DNA of 64,000 nt, taken from the NCBI RefSeq assembly GCF_964355755.1, contig NC_092675.1, forward strand, positions 9,047,812 through 9,111,811. The letters are read 5' to 3'. The translations under genes were made by a program, and so were the position numbers. This stretch comes from Antedon mediterranea. Lineage: Eukaryota > Animalia > Echinodermata. Of the stretch, positions 13,052 through 24,500 are shown one piece after another; position 1 is the first letter of the stretch; the number at the start of each line of letters is the position of its first letter. The notes beneath the pieces were generated by a model. The model was not told the DNA's origin, did no database searches, and was given only the letters and a program-made list of their open reading frames with translations.

Positions 13052-15148
13052 ATGGTATTCGCCATGGCAGTTACAACAAACGAGGAAGGCAATAACTACC
13101 TCCACGAATTATTGAGAAGTGCTAATTGTGAGGATCAAATCGAGATAGAAAATAAACTGACAGAATATGTTGTCGATTCTCCAAAGGAACGTATAATATC
13201 CCTAATAAACCAACGAAATGTATATGGAAACACACCATTGATGGAACTCTTGTTGTGCGAAAACCCCAGCTGTAGGCTTGTTTTACATACCATCAAGTTT
13301 GGTTGTGATGTTAATATTGCAAATCATCTTGGCCTGACACCTATTCATTTAATAGTCAGTAAGCAATATAAACCTAAAAGATTACTAGACGACGAGTACA
13401 TTGGAGTAGCCGAGAGAAATATTGTTAGTGAAATAAGTCAAAACGAAAGGGCTGTTTTGAAAGTTATCATTGATGCAGGTGGTGATGTCAACAAGAAAGA
13501 CGTGTTCAGGAGAAGTCCTTTGTTTTTAGCAAACAATTTAGAAGTTATTCACATGTTAATTCAAAGTGGCGCAGACGTAAATATAACTGACAGGTGGGAA
13601 AGGACACTGCTTCATGCTGCCTTATCCATGCCAAATTACAAACATCTGGCACGTTTTTACATAGAGAAACTGAATTCAAAATGTTTACGGCAAGTTGACG
13701 TATTTGATTCCACGCCACTTCACTACTGTGCTATCTTTAATGGAGAAGACATGTTTCGTGAGTTGAAGGAACTAAATTTACCATGCCTTAGTTTAGAAGA
13801 CAACCAAGGAAACGCAGCAATGGATATTTTACAACGTAGGATGCAGTATACACGCGAGGCATCATCATCATACAAGAGCAGGGAAGACACTAAAGACGTG
13901 AGTGAAGTTCTTCACTACAACGACGTTATCGACAAAGAGGATGCACTGACCGGTGTCAAACAAATAAAAGAATCTTCGATAGAAAGTTTATTGAATTGTC
14001 CTAGTTATGGAGCACCTTGGGATAAAGGAGAAAGTTCTTTAATCATAAAAACGGTTGTAGACTTTGCACAGTGTTTATGCAGACGTATAGGTGAAATGGA
14101 TGAACGGTTTAAATGCTCTCTTTTTCGAACTGGAAGTTCAGAGGAAGGAACTAAAGTTTCTGATCCAACAGAATTTGACTTCGTATTTTGTCTTACAAAT
14201 TTTGCAAAACTTTGTCGAATCGTAGAAGTAGAAGACAAACGCAGTTTTGCTGAACTACAAGCTGATGGTATTCCAGAGAACTATACAAGCTTTTTTTGTT
14301 CTAATAACAAATGTAACGTTCCAGAAATTCGATGTGCATTTTTAATCAATTTGAAGCAATTATTACTTTCAGATGTCAATACATGGAACAGTCCACATCT
14401 GTCTTTTGATGGCATTGTGCATCATTCAGAAGAATACGATAGACCTGTGTTGACATTAAAACTTCGGTGGCTTGGTTGCTTGTACAAAGATGAAGAAATA
14501 AGTCTTGATATTGTTCCAGCTATACAAATAAAAGGTTGGTGGCCCTCTGATACTGAATTCGGAAAGCTTACTTTGATGACAAAAGAAATAAAAGATGAAG
14601 GTTGTTTACTACTACTCCAGAATCCATACTTCCAATCCGATACGTTATTAAGGATATCATGTTCGCCAGCGGAGATATGTTTGATGAAATCTCTACCCCT
14701 CTATATAAAAGAAAGTTATAGGCTGTGCAAACTACTCAAACACAAATGTATTTGTCCACGACTAGATCCTGATTCAGAATCAGACGAGTTTCCAATATTT
14801 GATCCAGATGATAGCATTACCAGTTACATGCTCAAGAACAGCTTATTCTACGTTTTAAGTACAAAATCCATTTTTCCACCAACCAAAGACGTAGTCGACT
14901 TTAAATTGGTAACTAAAATGGCTGCAGATGTGTTAACCTTTTTAGATCATTCTACAACGAACCAACACCTACCTGTTTATTTCATACCTAACCGTGAAGA
15001 TGTCTTCAGTTTTGAATTTGAAAACTTAGAAGAACCTTCCGTTGAAGTTGAAAGATTAAATACGTTTCATTGTCAGCGTCGCCATGCTTTATTGAAGGTA
15101 ATGTTGCATATCCTTGGACTGAAAAATAAATCGTTTAAATCTGAGTGA
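13052..15148 (+). CDS. Ankyrin-repeat-fused cGAS-like receptor (cGLR; Mab-21/cGAS nucleotidyltransferase), intronless coding region
   Basis: Open frame of about 700 aa; first ATG at 13052 and a strong Kozak GCCATGG at 13064 (the track's GTG start is unlikely). Ankyrin motifs GNTPLMELL, GLTPIHLIV, RRSPLFLA, ERTLLHAAL, DSTPLHYCA. NTase motif FRTGSSEEGTKVSDPTEFDFVF, third acid in SLDIVPAI, Mab-21 C-lobe motifs LRISCSPAE, YRLCKLLK, ITSYMLKNSLF, LPVYFIP. Confidence 0.93.
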   Translation: MVFAMAVTTNEEGNNYLHELLRSANCEDQIEIENKLTEYVVDSPKERIISLINQRNVYGNTPLMELLLCENPSCRLVLHTIKFGCDVNIANHLGLTPIHLIVSKQYKPKRLLDDEYIGVAERNIVSEISQNERAVLKVIIDAGGDVNKKDVFRRSPLFLANNLEVIHMLIQSGADVNITDRWERTLLHAALSMPNYKHLARFYIEKLNSKCLRQVDVFDSTPLHYCAIFNGEDMFRELKELNLPCLSLEDNQGNAAMDILQRRMQYTREASSSYKSREDTKDVSEVLHYNDVIDKEDALTGVKQIKESSIESLLNCPSYGAPWDKGESSLIIKTVVDFAQCLCRRIGEMDERFKCSLFRTGSSEEGTKVSDPTEFDFVFCLTNFAKLCRIVEVEDKRSFAELQADGIPENYTSFFCSNNKCNVPEIRCAFLINLKQLLLSDVNTWNSPHLSFDGIVHHSEEYDRPVLTLKLRWLGCLYKDEEISLDIVPAIQIKGWWPSDTEFGKLTLMTKEIKDEGCLLLLQNPYFQSDTLLRISCSPAEICLMKSLPLYIKESYRLCKLLKHKCICPRLDPDSESDEFPIFDPDDSITSYMLKNSLFYVLSTKSIFPPTKDVVDFKLVTKMAADVLTFLDHSTTNQHLPVYFIPNREDVFSFEFENLEEPSVEVERLNTFHCQRRHALLKVMLHILGLKNKSFKSE

Positions 15149-16409
15149 AGTACTCGGGCAAATACAGAGTGGTCAGGGTGCGCTATTCCGGCCTATATTG
15201 AAGATACATTACATAACTCAATATGTCAACATTAAGCTTTCATGACGTCACCAATATGATTATATTTTTTCATGATCTGTTTATATTATGAGGGGAAAAC
15301 AATCAGAACGACAATTAGAAAATTTTTGACGTTATACGTGCACGCAAGAATATGAATACTAAGAAACAAATGAAACAATTTGCCTTTAAATTTATTTTCT
15401 AATACTGTTAACTTTTTTTCTTCATTCTTCTTAAATAATTAGATATTTTTTTGTTTGTCGTTTATATACATTCTATGTTCTGTTGGTTTGTTTTGTAAAT
15501 ATTTTGACCTTTAGTTTTGTTTCAACTTCAAGTTCATCGTATCAAAGATTTTTTGTCTTCAAGTAAAGCGAGTCTATATTTACGTAATTATAGTATAGCA
15601 AAAAACGGTTAATTCATTAAAGGGTTAATTCGAACCCTTAAAAATATATATTAGTTAAGATACCATGTTACTTCTTGTTAATTAAAAAAGCGAAATAAGA
15701 ATTAATTAAATCTACTTTACAAATGCAATTTGAATTCATGTGGTTCTGGCACAACTTTCTCGAAAACAATTTTTCAAACAAATTAATAATTACATTTTTG
15801 CATAAACATCCGTCCTTTGTTTTCCAATGCACATGTGAAATAAAGATATCCATTTTACTTTTCGTATGAACGAATGAAGGCCTGGGACCTATGCAAATGT
15901 AAATTCATGCGATTTGAGTTATTTAATTTCTGCTCTAGCTATGTAGATATTGGATCACAGAATATGTTTAAATGGATATAGATATAAAGAAATCAATCTT
16001 GTTTTAATGCTGTTAAAAACATACAATAGTAACTTTATTTTCTTACAACAATCTTTTCTGTTATATAACACGATCTTTGAAATAAGACATTTGCCGTTTA
16101 CACAACCTTTTGAAGAAAGAAAAAACACAATTATATACGTACATTCGAATTCACTGTATTGGAATCGGTATCATTATGTTTGTTTACATTTTATTGATAT
16201 TAATCGACTGGCAAAAGTGAAATAACACTATTTTTTTCAAGTGAAATAACACTAATGACTGTAGAAGAATGTGACATTTATGTTGACATGTACGGTATAT
16301 TGAAAAAATTGACTATATTTATGTAGGAAAGACTTGAATATAACATGAACAGGTACATATGTTAATGGGTATGATATAAATCGACTTTAAACAGTTAAAT
16401 AAACACTAC

Positions 16410-18390
16410 GATTTGTAGATGAATATTACGTAGACGTGACACGTTTAGAAATATACTATCGTATCGATGTTTCTGGGTATATTGATATAAAGCGACTTTT
16501 AAAGTGGAATAACACTAAATAGTCTAGATGAATATGGCGTCAACACGTATTATATTGAGTGGTACTGTATTTTGATGGACTTTGGTTACAAGCCTGTAAT
16601 GATAATGCCAATAAAATATGGCAATAAGAGTCAGCTTTTATCCTATAATAGTTTAATAATCTTCTGGGTTTGTGAAGGAGGCATGCAGAATCCAAACGCA
16701 TAACAGCCATGGGAGCATACATTAAAATATAAAATAAGATTAGAAGAATGAATAATACTACACATAGCATCGTTATGCATAATCTGACAATAAGCTGAAG
16801 TAGGCCTAAATTAATGAATCCGTAACTTCATTTCTGTTAACATTACTGTGTTACCTCAATAACAAGTAAACACTTCAAATAAGCGAGGTAAAGTACTGAT
16901 TCATGAAACATTAATCTTCGAAATGTCAATATGTTATCTAAATTCACTGTTTACACACCCCACTATAAAACAGCGTTTTTTTTGTTCTAATAACAAATGT
17001 AACGTGCCAGAAATTCGATGTGCATTTTCAAGCAATTTGAAGCAATTATTACTTTTAGATGATTTGGTTGCTTGTACAAAGATGAAGAAATAATTCTTAT
17101 ACTAATTTAGGTATTTCTATAGCGCCAGAATAAACTAAACCGAAGTAAAAATCAAAGTCGCTTAATATTGGATGTTAAAAAGATGCGTTCTAAGTTCTTT
17201 AAAAAAAATAGCAATAGAAATTGATTTAGTAAAATGACAAGAGAGAGAATTTCAAAGAGAAGCAGCAGAGAACATAAAAGACCTTTGTCCAAAAGAGTTG
17301 GTGTTAATTCTAGGAACAAGTAGTAAGTTTTGATCAGCCGAACAAAGACAAGCAAGAGGGGTGTCTTGATATTGTTCCAGCTATACAAATAAAGGGTTGG
17401 TGGCCCTCTGATACATAATTCAGAAAGCTTACTTTGATGACAAAAGAAATAAAAGATGAAGGTTATTTACTACTACTCCAGAATCCATACTTCCAATCCG
17501 ATACGTTATTAAGGATATCATGTTCGCCAGCGGAGATATGTTTGATGAAATCTCTACCGCTCTATATAAAAGAAAGTTATAGGCTGTGCAAACTACTCAA
17601 ACACAGATGTATTTGTCCACGACTAGATCCTGATTCAGAATCAGACGAGTTTCTAATATTTGATCCAGATGATAGTTACATGATGAAGAACAGCTTATTT
17701 CACGTTTTAAGTACAAAATCAATTTTTACACAAACTAAAGACGCAGTAACTAAAATGCCTGCTGATGTGTTAACCTTATTAGATCATTCTACAACGAACC
17801 AACACCTACCTGTTTATTTCATACCTAACCGTGAAGATGTCTTCAGGTGAGTTTTGAAATTGACAACTTTTAGAAGAGCCATTCCGTTCAAAGATTAAAT
17901 ACGTTTTATTGTCTGCGTCGCCATGCTTTCTTCTTAAAGGTAATGTTGCATATCCTAAATAAATCGTTTAAAACTGAATGAAGTAGACCACTAGGGCAAA
18001 ATACTGAGTGGTCAGGGTATGCTTTTTCGGCCTATATTGAAGATACATATAACTCAATATGTCAACATTAAGCTTTTATGACGACGTCACCAATATGATT
18101 ATATTTTTGCATGATCTGTTTATATTATGAGGGGAAAACAATCAGAACGACAATTAGAAAATTGTTGAAGTTATACATGCAAACATACGATAAAAAGAAT
18201 ATTTTTTGCAAGTGCTTTTCAAGCAAGAATATAAATACTGCCAAACAAATGAAACAACTGGCCTTTAAATTGCTTTTTAACTTAAATTCTTAAATAATTA
18301 GATATTTTCTTGTTTGTAGTCTATAGATATACATTCTGTAGCTTTTTTTATAAATATTTTTTGACCTTTAGTTTAGTTAATTCAACTTCA
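16410..18390 (+). pseudogene. Tandem duplicate of the ANK-cGLR locus with internal deletions
   Basis: 16410-16975 matches upstream 12392-12983 and then jumps to 14291; a second deletion removes about 14375-14470; homology resumes at 17363 (=14502) and runs to about 18390 (=15530). Stops and frameshifts are present; only 17437-17850 remains open. Confidence 0.93.
17097..17362 (-). mobile_element. L2-type LINE 3' end inserted into the cGLR pseudogene
   Basis: Minus strand reads LLLVPRINTNSFGQRSFMFSAASL...FKELRTHLF with a GGCGCTATAGAAAT tail. The segment is absent from the parent gene. Confidence 0.75.
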
Positions 18391-18696
18391 AGAACAATAA
18401 AGAGCACAGCAGAAAAGCCAACGACTATGTTTTAAATGACCTTATGAAAGAGGGATCACATGCGATTGGACCATCACTTTCTTGAAAAAAGGCGGATCAA
18501 AAACACATTTAAAAAAAAATTTAAATCAGACTGATTGATTAGAAAATCAATTTATTTGATGCTCAACAATAAAATTCCATAGAGACAAAAGACAAAATAA
18601 CGAGCATCAGGAACACCCATTAGGCCGGAAAAAAACAGCCCATTTCCAATGGGGTCTAAATTGCACATAACAAACAATAACAAATACAACATTTAT

Positions 18697-18698
<2 letters not shown>

Positions 18699-18780
<82 letters not shown>
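18699..18780. repeat. (TA)n microsatellite; a second tract lies at 19031-19066
   Basis: Pure TA runs. Confidence 0.98.
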
Positions 18781-18783
<3 letters not shown>

Positions 18784-18811
18784 CAAAGAGCTGCATAGGC
18801 AGGATATATAA

Positions 18812-19025
18812 AAAAATCAAGATCAAATAAGTTAAAACTGCCTCAATATAGATTTATTTTAACGACATGTTTCGGGCATAGCCCATCATCAGGTGAAAAG
18901 AATTGTAACAAAGGATAACATATGTTATCCTTTGTTACAATTCTTTTCACCTGATGATGGGCTATGCCCGAAACATGTCGTTAAAATAAATCTATATTGA
19001 GGCAGTTTTAACTTATTTGATCTTG

Positions 19026-19031
<6 letters not shown>
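18812..19031. repeat. Perfect 220-bp palindrome (110-bp arms, no spacer), Penelope-like pLTR remnant
   Basis: Centre GGATAACAT|ATGTTATCC at 18921/18922; the arms read as exact reverse complements. Confidence 0.93.
18944..18986 (+). ncRNA. Minimal type I hammerhead ribozyme motif (mirror copy at 18857-18899 on -)
   Basis: TTTTCAC-CTGATGA-T-GGGC TAT GCCC-GAAA-CAT-GTC-GTTAAAA: CUGAUGA and GAAA core boxes, 4-bp stem II, palindromic ACATGT stem III, GUC cleavage triplet, stem I with one mismatch. Confidence 0.72.
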
Positions 19032-19069
<38 letters not shown>

Positions 19070-19705
19070 TAAAATAAAGCCCAGTAAAACAGAAAAATAT
19101 AAAGAGATGGCAAAAAAGTCATGAGTAAGATTGCCGTTGTCAAGACTATTATAGTTATCATAATTATCATAAATATTAAATATTGCGTTCAAAATGTTTT
19201 TTAATATGTGATTTGAAAGTAGTTAGGCCTATGTTTGAAATTAATTTTAATTTGTTGGAAGAGCGTTCCAGTCTTTGATAGCAGAGAAGAAAAAAGTAGA
19301 ATGAGACTGTTTACGGTTTGATACAGTAGAAAATCCGACTGAAAAGTATATATTCTTGAGTAATTCGAACTGAATATGACGATTACTCGTTATTCATCAA
19401 AAAATATTTTATTCATAGAGGATATGATGTATAGGAACGACTCGACTGTACTGAAAATATCCACTTCCTTTTAACTTGTCATTGCTTTCCTTAGAAATTG
19501 TCTTGTATTGTCTTGTATTTTATTTGTATATTTTGACTGACATGTTTTTGACAATAAATTAAATTGAAAACAGTAATTAAAATGACAGGTGGCACACCGT
19601 TTCTATAGAAAAACAAAAAGCTATGATAAAATCATCGTGTGAATAGATGTCGTTCTATATTGACCAGTGATGCGTATCAACGTTCCGACGTAGTTGTTGT
19701 GGTAC

Positions 19706-21443
19706 CATAGTTGCCATTTCTGGCATTATTATGCTTTTTGGCATTATTTAGAGGCCCACGGCATCTGGCATAATGCCGCGGCATTATTTAGCCGTTTTTA
19801 GCATAATCTGGCATAATTTTGTGGTTTTTGAACAACCAAAAAAATAATATACCACAGAACAAAAATAAAATATTTTGTTTAATCTTGCAATTTAATACAT
19901 ATCACCTTACACAAAATCATATTGTACAAAACAGATTTGTTCGGGTTTTCCGTACAATAGTTCTTCCATCCTTTTGTTTCGGACTTAAATAGACTCTTCG
20001 GATAGGAAGACTGCTCGAAAACTACCGTGTGTGCGATATAGGCAGCACAACAAATCTGAAGAGGCTGAGCTATTGGTCAATTATGTTGCTCTATTTCAGA
20101 GACCATGCATGTTATTGGATCCCCAGATATAGAGACAATTGAACGAAAACATTAAGAAAGGGGTTTTGTTGTTTCAGTTCATAATTATAAGTGGCCGCAC
20201 CTCTACCCCAACCCTTGAAATGGCAATTTCCAGTAACTAATTAGAAGCTCTAATTTTAAAAAGAATTTCTTCTGGAGAATTTGTTTTCCATATTTCAAAT
20301 TATGTTCCATTTGCATCGTCGTAGCAACCCTATTTTTCCAAATGTTCTTCACCTCTCAGCCCCAGTAGTAGTGACCATGTGGGCGAGGTAATTTTTATTT
20401 AATATTAAAGATGTATTGTCCCTTTGACTAATTCCAAAAAAAATAAAAAATAATAGATTTCGAAAAAAGGTGGGTCATTTTGAAGTATCATAATAGTTAT
20501 TAACTATCACCAAAAATTTTTCCGAAAAAAAAAAATTTAACTGAAATACAAACGTTTTTTTGTTTCAAAAATAACTTTGACTTCCAGTCAAAGTTTTCAA
20601 TCAAAACATATCCCATAATGAAACGCGCTTGTTTGGCTACTCTGTATGCATAATCATAAAACTTCCTCATGATCTGTGTGAAAATACCTTCTTAACTGTG
20701 ACGAGTTGTAAACAATCCTAATTTAGCATGCATAATGCGTACTCATGGTTTTATTTTTAAATCTTTGTTTACTTTCGCTCGTGACGATTTTCCAGATGAA
20801 ATGTAATCAAACTAATATACCTGTTAATTACGTAAACTTGTTGTTTTTGGCTCAAATTTTCGACTTAAAGTGAATAACTTTAATATTACTTTGATATGGC
20901 CACTTTAAATTTAGAATATTTTGACCTTCATTTTTTTGTGTTTCAAGGGACAATACATCCATACAGCCATTTCCGCCCATCGAGCAGCTCTATTTTTCCA
21001 TTTTTTTTACCTCACCCCCACCAACCATGGTGGGGCTGAGGTCATGGAGACACTTAATATTTTTATTTCCTATTTTAAATTATAATTGCCATTTTCAAAA
21101 CTATGATGGGCTAAGATCCTGGAGGTACTACTAAATATATTTTTATTTCAAGGGTTCGTGGGTTGGTGTTTGTTTCATTTGCAATTACCATTTTCGCACC
21201 CCAGATATTTTTAGAATTATTAGTTATTACTCACAAAACTAAAAATACAATTTTTGAACGACATAGGGATACAATTTAGGCCCTATTTTGTGTCAGTTGG
21301 GGTTTTACAAACGTTTATTAGACATACAACCGTTGGTGGCGCTGTTTAGGGCCAAATTTTGGGGATCTGGCATTATTTTTCCCAATCTGGCATTATTTGA
21401 GACAGGATACGGCATAATTTAAATTTTATCGCTGGCAACGCTG
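19706..21443. mobile_element. Non-autonomous hAT-like DNA transposon
   Basis: 8-bp TSD TGTGGTAC (19698-19705, 21444-21451); TIRs CATAGTTGCCA / TGGCAACGCTG; subterminal GGCATTATT/GGCATAAT repeats at both ends. Confidence 0.88.
20409..20960. mobile_element. MITE nested in the hAT-like element (Kolobok-like)
   Basis: TTAA-AGATGTATTGTCCC ... GGGACAATACATC inverted ends; the right-hand TTAA is not preserved. Confidence 0.55.
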
Positions 21444-21538
21444 TGTGGTACGGTGTGTTCGTGGCGCTTTAGGGCCTTTTACTCTCTAGCCTAGGTACAG
21501 TAGGATAGTAAGGGCCTACCTATTTTAAATAAGTTATT

Positions 21539-24500
21539 ATGGATGAGGCAGAAGATGAAAGTACAATTTTGTATGATTTATTTGTGTTGGCAGATTGGCC
21601 GCAAGAACCCGAGATTTTGGTGTCTCAAACTGTAAGTAGTAAAGTCAGTCCGGCAAACCAGCCACCATCCACCATGCATGAAAATAAGGCTGGTGGTAAA
21701 CAGACTATCGGGCCCACCATGGACGATCGGACCCACCATGGACGATCGGGCCCATCGTATAGACAGTCTTATGCATTGGGCCCGATATAGGCCTAGTCTT
21801 AGATTTGTCTTGCCTGTGTTTAAAATTGGCCGCGTTTAGGCCTATCCTAGGCTAGTTTTGTTTTTATTTAACCGTAAACCATGTTGATATTTTTTACATT
21901 ACGACCTGGCTGCCTCTCTACTACGCCGCCTAGGCCTACCTACAGTAGCCTAGGCCTATCTAGTAGTAGGCCTAGTCGTAGATCCAAGCTAGATTCTATA
22001 TCTAGAACGTAACGCCCCCTATGACTTTTGATAAATAATGTGTTATGATGGTGCATTTTGTAAGCAGGTTGGATGGCTGAATGGTAGTGCCTGTGTTTCG
22101 CAATGTGATGCTGTAGCGTCAGGCTAGGGTTCGAAACTCATTGTTATTGTTGGTATATTTTTTTCGCTGTGGCTAAAGATACGGTACCGTACTCTAACTT
22201 CTGTTTACTAAAGGTACGGTAAAATTGCATTACGTCATAATCAGCCAATGGGGTGCTGGTACGTGTGTGACGTCATCGTATAAGGACTTGGGATTTTTTT
22301 TCATATCGCGTCTGTACAGTAGAGAATGCCTATCGGCGGCGCCACGCTGCATGAATGTGTGTGCGCTGATGAAGGTTTTATTTTGATTCGGCCTATTTAG
22401 GCCTAGGTCTATATTTTTTATTAAATTTTATAGATGGTGACCATAAACAACAAGCAAATGCGGACAATAAAGGGGCCCTCAAATACTATGATTTAGACAG
22501 TAGCCCCAGGGCTGAGTAACAGAAGTCAGCGCACACATGCAGCTGGCCCCAGCCTGGCACAGCTTTCCCTACACAAACAAACTCATATAATGAGGTTATA
22601 GTACGTAGTAAGTAGGCCTGGCCTCTTTTGAAACGGTTTTCTGTATTCTAGAATTAAAATCAACCTGTTTTGGCTTTTCAATAATAACAGACGTAGGCTA
22701 CATTTAGTTTTTGACACACACGACGGCGATAATAGCGATAAATGAAGCATAATGAAAATGCGGTTGATCACTGTTTTCGCGATATGAAAAAAAATCCTAA
22801 GTCTTTATACGATGACGTCACACACGTACCAGCACCCCATTGGCTGGTTATGACGTAATGCAATTTTACCGTACCTTTAGCAAATGGAAGTTAGGATACA
22901 GTACCGTATCTTTAGCCACGGCGTATTTTTTTACTCACCATCTTCTTTATTGACCATCGTCTTTTCTCACCATTTTCCTAGAAGAGGGATGTTTACAAGG
23001 GCCGGATGCCCGATCGGGTCAATAGGCGTAGATATCTATCTATCTATGATTAGGCGTAGATGCAGCCACTGCATATTTTTTATTTGGTGGTCAATGAATA
23101 TTTATTATTAATAATATAAATGTTGAGTTTTTTTACAATACAATATCTTGATTTATTAAATTACTTTAAAAATTAAATTGAAAACCAAAATTTACAAATA
23201 CAAATTGAATTCAATTCATTCATGACCCTAAGTCATATTTTGATAATGTCAGTTGTTTTTCTACTTAGTGTTCAACTAACTATCTAAAATTAAATGTTAA
23301 CTAGACATGTAACTCGTCACTTTGACGAGTTAGTTTTCCGCACGACAAACGCCACGTGTACGTCATACGTTGGAATATTGCACACAGAAAAAGATTATGG
23401 CATTTTATGACCTGAACTGAAGAATATGATATGTTGTTATTGCTGAATTTTATTATTTTGATTTATATACAGTATACACAGTATAATCTGTATCCATTTC
23501 ACATACAGTGTAGAATAGGTGAAATTACGGGACCCGCTATTTATTGCAATTTTTAACATGTTGACGGTTTTAAAATGAAAGGTGTTTTATTTACGTGTAG
23601 AAGAAATTTTAATACGTGAAATATTGATGCGCGCTCTTTTAAATGTAATGAATTATGACACAAAAGATGAAAATACGACTTTTTTTATTTAACTGGCCAT
23701 ATGATGACGTCACAACATCCGATTGGCAAAATGTTCACATGATTTCGTATCTACAATCCAATAGCTTCCAGAAAACGTTTTAATTGTGATTATCACATTT
23801 TATTCTTACGAGCTATAACAGATTAAAATTTACTTTAAAGATGAAATTAATGCCACACGTAATTTAAATTTTTAGGTATGATGATGTCATAAAAATTAAA
23901 ATATTTTTAACTCATGAGAAAGACAGTTGATTGACCTACCGGTAGACAATATCAAAATCGGGGTGAAAATGAAAAACGGATAAGTGGAAGTGCGCTCTAT
24001 TAAATGTGATGAGCTATGACGAAAGATACAAAAATCCTAAATTTTATATTTACGATAATGTCACAATGTCCGGTTAGCCATATTAATGCATGATCCGATA
24101 TCTACAACTCATCAACTTCCAGACTATGTAATGAAAATAACTTTCATCGTTTAGTTTAGAAATTACGACTGTTTGAAAAAAGGCATAATTTTGACAAATT
24201 TTTGAACTTTTTCATCAAAAACACGCGCAAATTGTCCAATTCAATGTGTTCGTATGGCGTTATTTAAAGTGGAAAAGGTCTAAATTATTTTTCATACTCC
24301 GTGCGCACTTTACGCGTAAATAATTTTGCCCGCGTGGGAATTTTTTGACATGCGCAAAATGTCATAAAACGTGTAAAAATGTGATTAGAAATTAATTTTG
24401 CGCATTTTGAAATTTTAAATGCACGTGCGCATGTAACTTTGTGTAAAACACACAATTTTTTTTCAACAGAAAGAAAGTTAGCGCATGATATAAATTAAAC

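Larger units (their letters stand above)
18530..19390 (-). mobile_element. CR1/L2-like LINE 3' remnant interrupted by (TA)n and the palindrome
   Basis: Minus strand STFFFSAIKDWNALP...FK near 19240-19300; AATAAA-containing tail near 18550. Confidence 0.6.

Noticed and set aside
14005-14238. Antisense ORFs overlapping real coding regions (also 60062-60467 and 62496-62729)
   Set aside because: Expected shadows of coding sequence with no independent motifs.
13025-15148. Bacterial CBASS CD-NTase operon or contaminant
   Set aside because: It has metazoan Mab-21 C-lobe motifs and a Kozak ATG, no adjacent effector genes, and is embedded among animal transposons next to spliced NBAS.
17434-17850. 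Independent functional Mab-21 gene
   Set aside because: It lacks the catalytic N-lobe, has an upstream in-frame stop and L2 insertion, and ends prematurely.
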